The position numbers were made by a program, and so were the translations under genes. The notes below the pieces were generated by a model, which did no database searches, was not told the DNA's origin, and worked only from the letters and a program-made list of their open reading frames with translations. A stretch of 61,114 nt of DNA, the filler included, from Pseudobdellovibrionaceae bacterium (GTDB taxonomy: Bacteria > Bdellovibrionota > Bdellovibrionia > Bdellovibrionales > UBA1609), in NCBI GenBank assembly GCA_030591685.1. It is 3 parts of 3 records of this genome, joined end to end, with 100 filler letters (N's around TTAATTAATTAA, not from the genome) between each part and the next. Parts side by side here need not be neighbours in the genome. Positions count along the whole stretch, not along the records: positions 1 to 16,673 come from JAUVAX010000047.1; 2 more parts are not named here. One strand, written 5' to 3'. This document shows positions 9,086 through 16,673 of the stretch, piece by piece. Position 1 is the stretch's first letter, and each line of letters begins with the position of its first letter.

Positions 9086-9805
9086 TTATGCCGCACTATC
9101 CTTTTTTTCTGGTCGACGATGGCCTTTATCAAAAGCCTCCAGAACTGAATGAGCAAAGAATTCACCTTTACTAAGATCGACGCTAAGTTCATCATAACCT
9201 GGGTCAAACGGAAGATGATAAGTCTTTTCTTCTTTAGCTGAGATTTTACATTTAACCTTCGGGTAAGAATTATCAAGCTTTTCAGTCTTCAACTCCACCC
9301 CTAAGTCTTGCGCAATTTCAATGGCTCGCCCACTATATCTTGCATATGATGTGTAAATAACGGCCTTGCTTTCGAGCCCCTTCGTCTCCGAGGTTCTACT
9401 AAAATGAACCATTGAACCGTAGAGTTGAAAGATATGCTTTTCATGAATGTGTTTTTTCCTGGCCCAGCACTTAGTTTGTACAATAAGTACATCCTTACCT
9501 TTTTTAACTATTAGGTCTCTCCCTAAATCCTCTAAAGCATTGGTAGCGCCGTGATAGTTAACTTTGTAACCCTTTATTTCGTACAGATGCCCAATATACC
9601 GCTCGTAACGTGTACCAACCTCTAGTGGAGAAAGCTCTCTGTTTGAGTACTCCTCTAGTGCAATCTCATCATCATCCATTGCATTTCTAGCTTTATTTAA
9701 AGCATTCTGGTCTTCAATAACCTCTTTGGGTTTTCTTATAGTCAGAAAAAGTATAAATAAAACTATACCTCCAGCTAAAATAGAAATAGGCCACAAATGC
9801 TCCAT
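9086..9805 (-). CDS. Mrr-like PD-(D/E)XK restriction endonuclease domain protein with N-terminal TM anchor
   Basis: YERYIG...GY, DLGRDLI and IVQTK (QxK) motifs; hydrophobic N-terminus. Confidence 0.75.
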   Translation of the reverse strand: MEHLWPISILAGGIVLFILFLTIRKPKEVIEDQNALNKARNAMDDDEIALEEYSNRELSPLEVGTRYERYIGHLYEIKGYKVNYHGATNALEDLGRDLIVKKGKDVLIVQTKCWARKKHIHEKHIFQLYGSMVHFSRTSETKGLESKAVIYTSYARYSGRAIEIAQDLGVELKTEKLDNSYPKVKCKISAKEEKTYHLPFDPGYDELSVDLSKGEFFAHSVLEAFDKGHRRPEKKDSAA

Positions 9806-9811
9806 ACAACC

Positions 9812-9839
9812 TTATCGGACGATGAACGATTTCAATTTA
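9812..9839 (-). promoter_or_regulatory. Putative sigma28 promoter, near-leaderless
   Basis: TAAA-N16-TCCGATAA on the minus strand, ending 6 nt before ATG 9805. Confidence 0.5.
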
Positions 9840-10038
9840 AGTGAGTGACTCAAAACCCCGCCTAATGGCTTGTTTGCTGTGAAGGCTTCGCTACCTGCAG
9901 GTGTTTATTTGTATAAATAACTCTTGAGCGTCCCATGTCAGCATTACAAAGCAATATGGGGGCCAACTAATGTACAACTCAATGCGCGGCGTGCAAAGCC
10001 TGTACGAGTCTTTAGCGCTTCACAATACTAAAAGATGA

Positions 10039-10052
10039 CGGTCACCAAACTA
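10039..10052. repeat. Left arm of 14-bp perfect inverted repeat
   Basis: CGGTCACCAAACTA is the reverse complement of 10720-10733. Confidence 0.7.
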
Positions 10053-10170
10053 TAAGATATCCTCTGCTTGCAAGATTTTAAGGTATAACACCTCGGGGTA
10101 GCAAATTACACAAACTCAGTCCATTAAAGAAATAGGTCATTTTAAATACTATACGGGCTCTCACCCTAAG

Positions 10171-10722
10171 GTGCGGTCACAATTTCGATCAACGAAGCGC
10201 CCGACAGAATTTGGCAATAAAGTCTGGGCCAGCTCGCTAGTGCTTATTAATTACCTTCAAAAAATGCCATTTGATTTAAAGGGCCTTCGTGTTCTTGAAA
10301 TTGGCTGTGGCTGGGGGCTTCTTGGAGTATACTTAGCAAAGGTCCACTCTTGTGATGTTACTTGCACAGATATTGACGAGCGGGTATTGCCCATTGCGCA
10401 ACTTCACGCCGAACTCAATACAGTAGCTATTAAAACCAAAAGAGCCTCCTTTGGGGAGCTCAGTGAGAGCTTTCTAAAGAGTTTTGATCTTATTATAGGG
10501 GCTGAGGTTTGCTATTCAGATGAAATCGGTAAAGACATTACAGAACTCGTTCAGCGGGCCTTTAAGGGAAACACAAAACATGTTCTCATTGTGGACCCAG
10601 GACGCCCGGATTTTTTTGCTTATCACAAATACTGTGCTAGCAACTACAAAACAGAGCTTATAGACCTACCGGGGAGTGTTAACGGCAAGACCACTAAACT
10701 ACTCTCTGCATTTAATGAGTAG
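10171..10722 (+). CDS. Class I SAM-dependent methyltransferase (Methyltransf_16-like); true start may be upstream
   Basis: GNKVW, VLEIGCGWG and DLIIGAEVCY motifs; frame open from 10102. Confidence 0.8.
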   Translation: MRSQFRSTKRPTEFGNKVWASSLVLINYLQKMPFDLKGLRVLEIGCGWGLLGVYLAKVHSCDVTCTDIDERVLPIAQLHAELNTVAIKTKRASFGELSESFLKSFDLIIGAEVCYSDEIGKDITELVQRAFKGNTKHVLIVDPGRPDFFAYHKYCASNYKTELIDLPGSVNGKTTKLLSAFNE

Positions 10723-10733
10723 TTTGGTGACCG
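10720..10733. repeat. Right arm of 14-bp perfect inverted repeat
   Basis: TAGTTTGGTGACCG; its first three bases are the methyltransferase stop codon. Confidence 0.7.
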
Positions 10734-10844
10734 GTTGAATTCAGCATATTATTGCAAATCTAAGAGAAATAATAAAGTGACCGTCTAGCAAATTATTAAA
10801 ATCTTTTACTTTGAGTCACAGTTCAAAAATGCTATAGATGGGCG

Positions 10845-11270
10845 ATGGATTCTATTTATAAACCAGGAGAAAAAGTGGACCTAGTCATTCTCAGAGAGAC
10901 TGACCTTGGTTTTGTGGCCGAGATCAATGGGATTGACGAGGGTTTACTTTATCATGATGAGATCTTTAAAGTCCTAGAACTTGATGAGTCCTTGCCTGGG
11001 TATATAAAAAAAATACGCCCAGACGGCGGCATAGACCTATTGCTCCAATCCTTTGGTAGTTTTGGATCAAAAGAGTTAGGGGGCCAAATACTTGAAGCTC
11101 TTAAACAGAGTAAAGGCTTTATACCTGTCAACGCCAAGTCCCCGGCAGAAGAAATTTATGATTTATTTGGCGTGAGTCGCAAAAAATTTAAGATGGCGCT
11201 GGGTAGTTTATATAAAAAACGCTTAATTAAGTTCACAGATACCGGCACAGAGTTACTCCCTCCCAGTTAA
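10845..11270 (+). CDS. Short CvfB-like S1 RNA-binding / winged-helix protein
   Basis: ETDLGF...GLLY, IKKIRPDGGIDL and KSPAEEIYDLFGVSRKKFKMALGSLYKKRLI. Confidence 0.8.
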   Translation: MDSIYKPGEKVDLVILRETDLGFVAEINGIDEGLLYHDEIFKVLELDESLPGYIKKIRPDGGIDLLLQSFGSFGSKELGGQILEALKQSKGFIPVNAKSPAEEIYDLFGVSRKKFKMALGSLYKKRLIKFTDTGTELLPPS

Positions 11271-11316
11271 GGCTCTTTAGTTTGATCAGCAAGCGAGTCA
11301 GGACATAAATGTAGGG

Positions 11317-11353
11317 GTGGGGGAGTTCAGAGCTTTCTGCCTTGAGTCAAAGT
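11317..11353. repeat. 37-bp dispersed repeat, copy 1
   Basis: 31/37 identical to 15287-15323. Confidence 0.65.
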
Positions 11354-11441
11354 AAAGAAACAACAGCCGACTCCTTCAAACCCAATCGATACCTGTGTTA
11401 TATTATATTTAATCATAAAACAAAGCAGCAGGTAAAAACTA

Positions 11442-11867
11442 ATGACATCTAAGAGCTTTAATTTTCTATTTTTGGCCTGGGTAATTTCGGTTGTTTCAAC
11501 CCTAGGTAGCCTCTTTTTTAGCGAGGTTGTTGGGTACCCACCATGCTCTCTTTGCTGGTATCAGAGAATCTTTATGTACCCGCTGGTCTTAATACTCGCT
11601 GCAGGCCTCTTTCCGTTAGAGCAAAAGGTTTACAGGTTTTCAATGCCATTGGCCCTAGGTGGTTGGTGTTTTGCCGCTTATCATAATTTATTGCACTGGA
11701 AAGTAATTCCAGTTGGCGCAGCCCCTTGTAGGCAAGGGGTGGCTTGCTCTACTGTGTATATTGATTGGTTGGGGTTTATTACAATCCCTCTGTTGTCACT
11801 TGTGGCCTTTTCTTTAATTCTTATTTTACTATTATTTTTCAATAAAAAACCAAACGGAGGCTTATAA
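11442..11867 (+). CDS. dsbB: Disulfide bond formation protein, DsbB/BdbC family
   Basis: PCSLCWYQRI motif, four TM segments, second Cys pair. Confidence 0.9.
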   Translation: MTSKSFNFLFLAWVISVVSTLGSLFFSEVVGYPPCSLCWYQRIFMYPLVLILAAGLFPLEQKVYRFSMPLALGGWCFAAYHNLLHWKVIPVGAAPCRQGVACSTVYIDWLGFITIPLLSLVAFSLILILLLFFNKKPNGGL

Positions 11868-11868
11868 G

Positions 11869-12516
11869 ATGTCTAATCAAAAAAAGTTATTTGCTATATC
11901 TTCAATTATATTAGTGGGCTTGTTTTTTATTGGTGCCTATTTTTTTAAAAATTCAGAATTAAAAAAAGTTGAACAGGCCGCTGCCAATAACCCAAGTTCT
12001 CTAATTAGAGATTACTCACCCTCAAAAGGGAGCTCTTTACTAAAAGTGACATTGGTTGAGTTTTTAGACCCTGAGTGTGAAAGTTGCGCTCGTTTTCACC
12101 CCATAGTAAAAAAAATTCTTGCTCGCTACGATGGCCGCATTAGGTACGTTGTTCGTTATGCGCCTTTTCACCCTAATTCAAAATTTGTAATTAAAATTCT
12201 TGAAGCTGCCAGGGTCCAAAACAAGTACTGGGAGACTTTAGATTTGTTATTTGAAAAACTTCCAGTATGGGGGAGCCACCACCAACCACAGCCTGAACTG
12301 ATATGGACCTACCTGCCAACATTAAACCTAGATATCGATAAAATTAAAAAAGACATGAGGGATAAAAAAATCTTAGAAATGATCGACCAAGAGCTTAAAG
12401 ACGTAAAAACCTTTGGCGTTAGGCAAACCCCCACATTCTTTATAAATGCTAAGCCTTTAAAGCTGTTTAGCCCTGAGCACTTGGAAGACGCTATTAAGGC
12501 GGCCTTGGAACAATAA
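11869..12516 (+). CDS. dsbA: DsbA/BdbD family thiol-disulfide oxidoreductase
   Basis: EFLDPECESC and GVRQTPTFFIN; N-terminal anchor. Confidence 0.88.
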   Translation: MSNQKKLFAISSIILVGLFFIGAYFFKNSELKKVEQAAANNPSSLIRDYSPSKGSSLLKVTLVEFLDPECESCARFHPIVKKILARYDGRIRYVVRYAPFHPNSKFVIKILEAARVQNKYWETLDLLFEKLPVWGSHHQPQPELIWTYLPTLNLDIDKIKKDMRDKKILEMIDQELKDVKTFGVRQTPTFFINAKPLKLFSPEHLEDAIKAALEQ

Positions 12517-12571
12517 ATAGGCGCCTGAAGACAGCCCTTTTTTTATGTTCCGTCACCTAGTTACTGAGTCA

Positions 12572-13402
12572 TCAGTAAAAGACAATAAAGACATCAGACC
12601 CCGCTGCGGCCCCTCCGCAATCTAAAGCTCTAAATCTAAGGCTTAAGTTTGCATTTACAGGAACAGAGCTTGTAAAGTCTAGTGCGGTAACAGTGGCCGT
12701 TCCACCATTAGCAAAATCATAGAAGTTATCAATCGCTATATCGTTAACTGAAATCATCCCGCCGTTGTTTTGAGGTAAAGCATCTTTTGTACCATAAGCC
12801 CAGGCGCCTGAGTTGGTACCATCAGTGAGTTGTATTAAAAAATAGTTGTCAATTTTCATATCAGCTTTGGGATTACTGTAACTGCTAGAAAGGGCGACTC
12901 TTCGAGCCCCTTGAATATTGAAGTGAGTGGTCGTGTCGGCTATGATATAGGGACTAATGTCCCCTGATCCATCGTGATTTCTAGAAATAACATCCATAGC
13001 ACGTGTCTCTCCATGTGAGCCAGATTTATGTGACTCAATGGCACTCATAAGCTGCTTATAATAGCAAACTCCCGCTTGTGTTCCCGCTGGGATAATGACG
13101 TCAGCTCCTGTGATCTCTGTGTAACTTTCACAGCCCTCAAAGGTAACTCCATCGTTTGTGTCATTAATAATGGGGCCAGAGGCCTGTCCATTTCCAATAT
13201 TACTTTCAGAGTCATCATCAATAAAAGGGTTATCACCGGATGTACCTGAGTTGAATTGATCAGCATCATCGATGTCAGTGGTGCCTGATGAAATCACAGC
13301 ACCATCCAGAGTCTCAAAGGATACATTTTGTGAACCACAGTTTTGATACATAACCAAAACCCCAGTAACGAATAAAAATGAGAATATTTTTTTAATAGTC
13401 AT
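12572..13402 (-). CDS. Exported/lipoprotein-like hypothetical protein with YQNCG motif
   Basis: Signal peptide ending MYQNCG, acidic linker, beta-rich C-terminus. Confidence 0.7.
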   Translation of the reverse strand: MTIKKIFSFLFVTGVLVMYQNCGSQNVSFETLDGAVISSGTTDIDDADQFNSGTSGDNPFIDDDSESNIGNGQASGPIINDTNDGVTFEGCESYTEITGADVIIPAGTQAGVCYYKQLMSAIESHKSGSHGETRAMDVISRNHDGSGDISPYIIADTTTHFNIQGARRVALSSSYSNPKADMKIDNYFLIQLTDGTNSGAWAYGTKDALPQNNGGMISVNDIAIDNFYDFANGGTATVTALDFTSSVPVNANLSLRFRALDCGGAAAGSDVFIVFY

Positions 13403-13443
13403 ATAGAGATCCCCGTAAAAATTGTATGCTCTCTCTGTAATCC

Positions 13444-13459
13444 TTCAAAATCTGTACCA
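13444..13459 (-). promoter_or_regulatory. Putative sigma54-like promoter (variant -12)
   Basis: TGGTAC-N5-TTGAA, 41 nt upstream of ATG 13402. Confidence 0.4.
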
Positions 13460-13633
13460 TACGTCCGTCTTGACATCGTATCTATAGAGGTTTCAGATCT
13501 GGATTTACCTGTAATGTTAGTTAAATTGTTCATCGTGCTTGCCCTGACTATGAGTTCATCGATTTACATATGTTCTTCTTTTGAGATCAAATATAGTTTT
13601 ATGTACCCTAGTCGGCACTCAAATCTATAGTTA

Positions 13634-13671
13634 GGGTTAGGGTGACGGGGACGGGTTAGGGTGACGGGGAC
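13634..13671 (+). repeat. Perfect 2 x 19-bp tandem GGGTTAGGGTGACGGGGAC; G-quadruplex-like
   Basis: Two identical units with six runs of three or more G. Confidence 0.85.
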
Positions 13672-13864
13672 TATAAAGTAGCTTTTACTTGTAGTCAGAT
13701 GATTGAAGTTCACTTAGTAATATCAGGTACTTGCCTATGTTTCTTACTATTTGACTTCACGTACCCACGCTACCGATTTTTATAAATACATCCCGCCGTT
13801 TTTAGGTATTTGAAATCACCTCAACGACCTTGCCCTAAACTGATTACTCCTATACAAATTCAAT

Positions 13865-14515
13865 ATGACCATCGACACTCTCGCAGATTTTTTTATGCCC
13901 GAAGACCGCAAACACGGCGAGGGCCTGTTTGGCAACGAAGCCGTATCCATCGCTAGTGCTTCTGACACCCAGGCCTACGCTTATGTAAAAGCCTCAGGGG
14001 CACCCCGAGTCTCATTTGCTGCTAAAGACATTACAAGTTCGAGTTTTCAAGCCGATTGCACTTGTACCTCTGCCAAAAAAGGAAAGCTCTGTAAACATAT
14101 TTGGGCGACCCTCTTGAAACTAGAAGCTATTGGTTCCGATTTTTTAGCGTATAAATCCCTGATTGAAAAAGCGCCTGCCAAGCCTGAGTCGGCGGCGAGT
14201 CTGGCTGCTAAAGCACGACAGGCTGAGTACAAACAGCAGCGCAAAGATCAAAACAAGGCTCGTAATAAAAAAATACGCCGTGACAAAAAACAAGCTACGT
14301 CTATGGCTGCATCTGCCTACCCCGACGAAGTCGAGGAGGCGCTCACTTATTTTTCAGTCAACGGCTTTGAGTTTTCTCACCCTCTTCAGGTCGAAGACAT
14401 AAGTACGGCTCGAAAAATTCTCACCCGCGTTTTTCACCCGGATAACGGTGGGTCCCACACAGAAATGCTCACTCTAAATAAAAACCATGATGTAGTCGCC
14501 GCCTATCTGGGCTGA
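13865..14515 (+). CDS. SWIM zinc-finger protein with C-terminal J-domain-like HPD segment
   Basis: CTC-x8-CKH motif; basic coiled segment; ARKILTRVFHPDNGG. Confidence 0.75.
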   Translation: MTIDTLADFFMPEDRKHGEGLFGNEAVSIASASDTQAYAYVKASGAPRVSFAAKDITSSSFQADCTCTSAKKGKLCKHIWATLLKLEAIGSDFLAYKSLIEKAPAKPESAASLAAKARQAEYKQQRKDQNKARNKKIRRDKKQATSMAASAYPDEVEEALTYFSVNGFEFSHPLQVEDISTARKILTRVFHPDNGGSHTEMLTLNKNHDVVAAYLG

Positions 14516-14525
14516 AAACTAAAAT

Positions 14526-15107
14526 CTATTTTTTGGTGTGAGCAGTGTGATATGCAGCAAGCTTTTCAAAGAGCTTTAGGCCTATCCAGGCGTCTGTAGC
14601 TGCGTACATAAGTTGTCGATCTGTTAGAACTTGAGCCTCCCAATTGGTCATTTTAGGCCCCTTGGTGATAGACCCCTGTAAGACTTCCTCAGCCATGCCT
14701 TTGAGACCGAATTTATTAAGGCCTTTAGCTTTAGCTAAAGCCTGGAGCTCTATAAAGTTTTGTTGCTCAAAGTTAAAAGCTTTCTTTAAAGTTTTTAAAT
14801 CATCCCGAATAGCTACGCCGACTTTGATGATTTGAGTGTTTTCAAAAATATTAATTAAGATATGAAACTGAGAAATCCTGTGAAGCCTAATTAAGTAAGC
14901 ATCACTTTCAGTGGATAACTGTAACAATGCTACTTTATAAATCTGCCCCTTAACAAAGCTAGGTCTTGTTTCGGTATCAAAACCCAGAATTGATGCTGAG
15001 TTTAAGCCAGGCGCAGCTGCCGAGAGCTCTCCATCACTGCAAATGAGATGAATTTTACCCTCAAAGGATAGAAACTTTTTTTTAATTCCGTCGTCTTGAT
15101 TTTTCAC
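14526..15107 (-). CDS. 3'-5' exonuclease (DEDDy, RNase D/WRN-like)
   Basis: GFDTET, ALLQLS and YAATDAW motifs. Confidence 0.88.
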   Translation of the reverse strand: MKNQDDGIKKKFLSFEGKIHLICSDGELSAAAPGLNSASILGFDTETRPSFVKGQIYKVALLQLSTESDAYLIRLHRISQFHILINIFENTQIIKVGVAIRDDLKTLKKAFNFEQQNFIELQALAKAKGLNKFGLKGMAEEVLQGSITKGPKMTNWEAQVLTDRQLMYAATDAWIGLKLFEKLAAYHTAHTKK

Positions 15108-15286
15108 TGAACTAAATCCAGGTGATTAAAGCTAAATGTCATTGATTATATCTCCAAAGCTGTTACCGAAGTCTCCTCGTTAGTAATACGATTAATGACT
15201 TTAACATCACAGCCAATATGGTCTGGGTATAGATTGAATGTACCCTGCCTGGACATACCTTATCAAGGCATAGATTGCGGGACAGA

Positions 15287-15323
15287 GTGGGCGAGTTTAG
15301 AGCCTTCTGCTTAGATTCAAAGT
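15287..15323. repeat. 37-bp dispersed repeat, copy 2
   Basis: 31/37 identical to 11317-11353. Confidence 0.65.
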
Positions 15324-15590
15324 TCACCTTATAGCTGGCAATGCAGTATCCCTATAGTTAAAGTATTCTGGACTATTTTCTCATTTAAATTGTCCGGAGA
15401 ATATAGGGGGCTAGATTGATTAAAACCCCCCATAAAAAAGCTAAAGACCTCTTATACTGGCTTAAAATCACCAACTAATGCCAAAATTTGGCAAGGGGGT
15501 GACTTTACCGTACATTCTCTTGGGGCTCTCAGCTAAAGGCATATCAAGTCGGTTTTAATGAGGTTTGGTGCATAGGATTTTAAGTTGTAT

Positions 15591-15606
15591 TGGCTTGAAT
15601 ATTGAA
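15591..15606 (+). promoter_or_regulatory. Putative sigma54-like promoter (variant -12)
   Basis: TGGCTT-N5-TTGAA, 13 nt before ATG 15620. Confidence 0.35.
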
Positions 15607-15619
15607 TCACTAGTTTCAT

Positions 15620-16549
15620 ATGACTAAGCAATATTTTATCACGGTAGTTAAGGCGATGCTCACCATAGGTTTGATGACCATTTGTCAGCCACTTTGGGCG
15701 GCAACCTGCAGTGATGTGTTCAGGGGGGCGTTTGGGTCATCTCTCTTGAAGAAAAAAGTTCGATATATTGGCTACAGAGGCAAAATGTGGAGCCCTGAAA
15801 AGTTTAGAACTATTATTAACGAGGAAGGGCTATATTCGCCTTTAGTTCATACAGTGGCTGTCAGAGAAAGGATTTCACTGGGACAGGCCCATGAGCGCCT
15901 GAAGTATCTAACAAGAGCCCCTGAAGAGGTGCAGATGTTATTGTTGAGTAGGCATGTTGGTTATTGGAACACCAATACACCGTTCGTTTCTTCAAGCTAC
16001 AGAAAAGGGGTTGCTAAAAGGTATGCAAACAAAAAGACACATGAGGAGAACAGTTTATATAACCCTCTAGAGAGCATTAATAGTGTTCGTTTTACGGTTT
16101 CAGTGGACAAAACATACAACCCGTTATTATTAGAATTTCGCTATTCACGGGGTATGAAGCTAATATTTGAGGCTCATGATCGGTTTCTACGACTTGGAGA
16201 AAACTCACTTAAAGAGGGTGATGATCAAATCAAGCATTTGGAGAAACAATTAAAGATCAAAGGGCTTAGCAAAAAAGAAATAGTTAGATTCAGTCGGGAA
16301 CTAGAAAACGAGAAACGATTGATCCTTCTTATAAAATGGCTTATTGAACATGATTGGTTAAAAATACTGTTCGATGGCCGGTCAGAGACCGAAGGCGTTC
16401 TATATTTTTCAAAGCTCACTGAGGACCTCTTAGATAACCAGGCTTTACTTTTAGCCATCAGTAAATCATATTACATTTTGAGAGATGGGGACTCTGAAAT
16501 TCTACTTCATATCCCGGCAGAAAAGATCACAAAGGCCCAGCTCTTTTGA
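15620..16549 (+). CDS. Secreted ADP-ribosyltransferase-like protein (R-S-E / cholera-pertussis type motifs)
   Basis: Signal peptide; YRG (52-54), H112, PFVSSS (121-126) followed by VAKRYA, and DSEILLHIPAEKI (291-303). Confidence 0.6.
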   Translation: MTKQYFITVVKAMLTIGLMTICQPLWAATCSDVFRGAFGSSLLKKKVRYIGYRGKMWSPEKFRTIINEEGLYSPLVHTVAVRERISLGQAHERLKYLTRAPEEVQMLLLSRHVGYWNTNTPFVSSSYRKGVAKRYANKKTHEENSLYNPLESINSVRFTVSVDKTYNPLLLEFRYSRGMKLIFEAHDRFLRLGENSLKEGDDQIKHLEKQLKIKGLSKKEIVRFSRELENEKRLILLIKWLIEHDWLKILFDGRSETEGVLYFSKLTEDLLDNQALLLAISKSYYILRDGDSEILLHIPAEKITKAQLF

Positions 16550-16673
16550 CCGTATCCCCAAAAGCTGGAGAGTTTGATATTTCTTACACAATGAGTTAAA
16601 AGCTCATGACAAGGAGATCAAATGAAGTCAAGATTCACAACCGAGCAAATGGTTAAAATAATTGAGGAATGCC
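16547..16673 (+). mobile_element. IS3-family insertion sequence, left end (truncated by contig end)
   Basis: 5'-TGACCGTATCCCC terminus; SD AAGGAGA; orfA start at 16622 reads MKSRFTTEQMVKIIEEC, typical of IS3/IS407 OrfA. Confidence 0.75.

Noticed and set aside
9086..10722. Nuclease plus methyltransferase as a restriction-modification pair
   Set aside because: The methyltransferase lacks DNA-methylase motifs (DPPY/NPPY or PC) and resembles protein methyltransferases.
15350..15410. Imperfect ~60-nt hairpin upstream of the ART-like gene as a regulatory RNA
   Set aside because: It is bulged, AT-rich and single-copy, with nothing beyond chance complementarity to support it.
1557..15619. Integron cassette array (attC sites)
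   Set aside because: Genes lie in mixed orientations with their own promoters, there are no consistent RYYYAAC...GTTRRRY ends, and no integrase is present.
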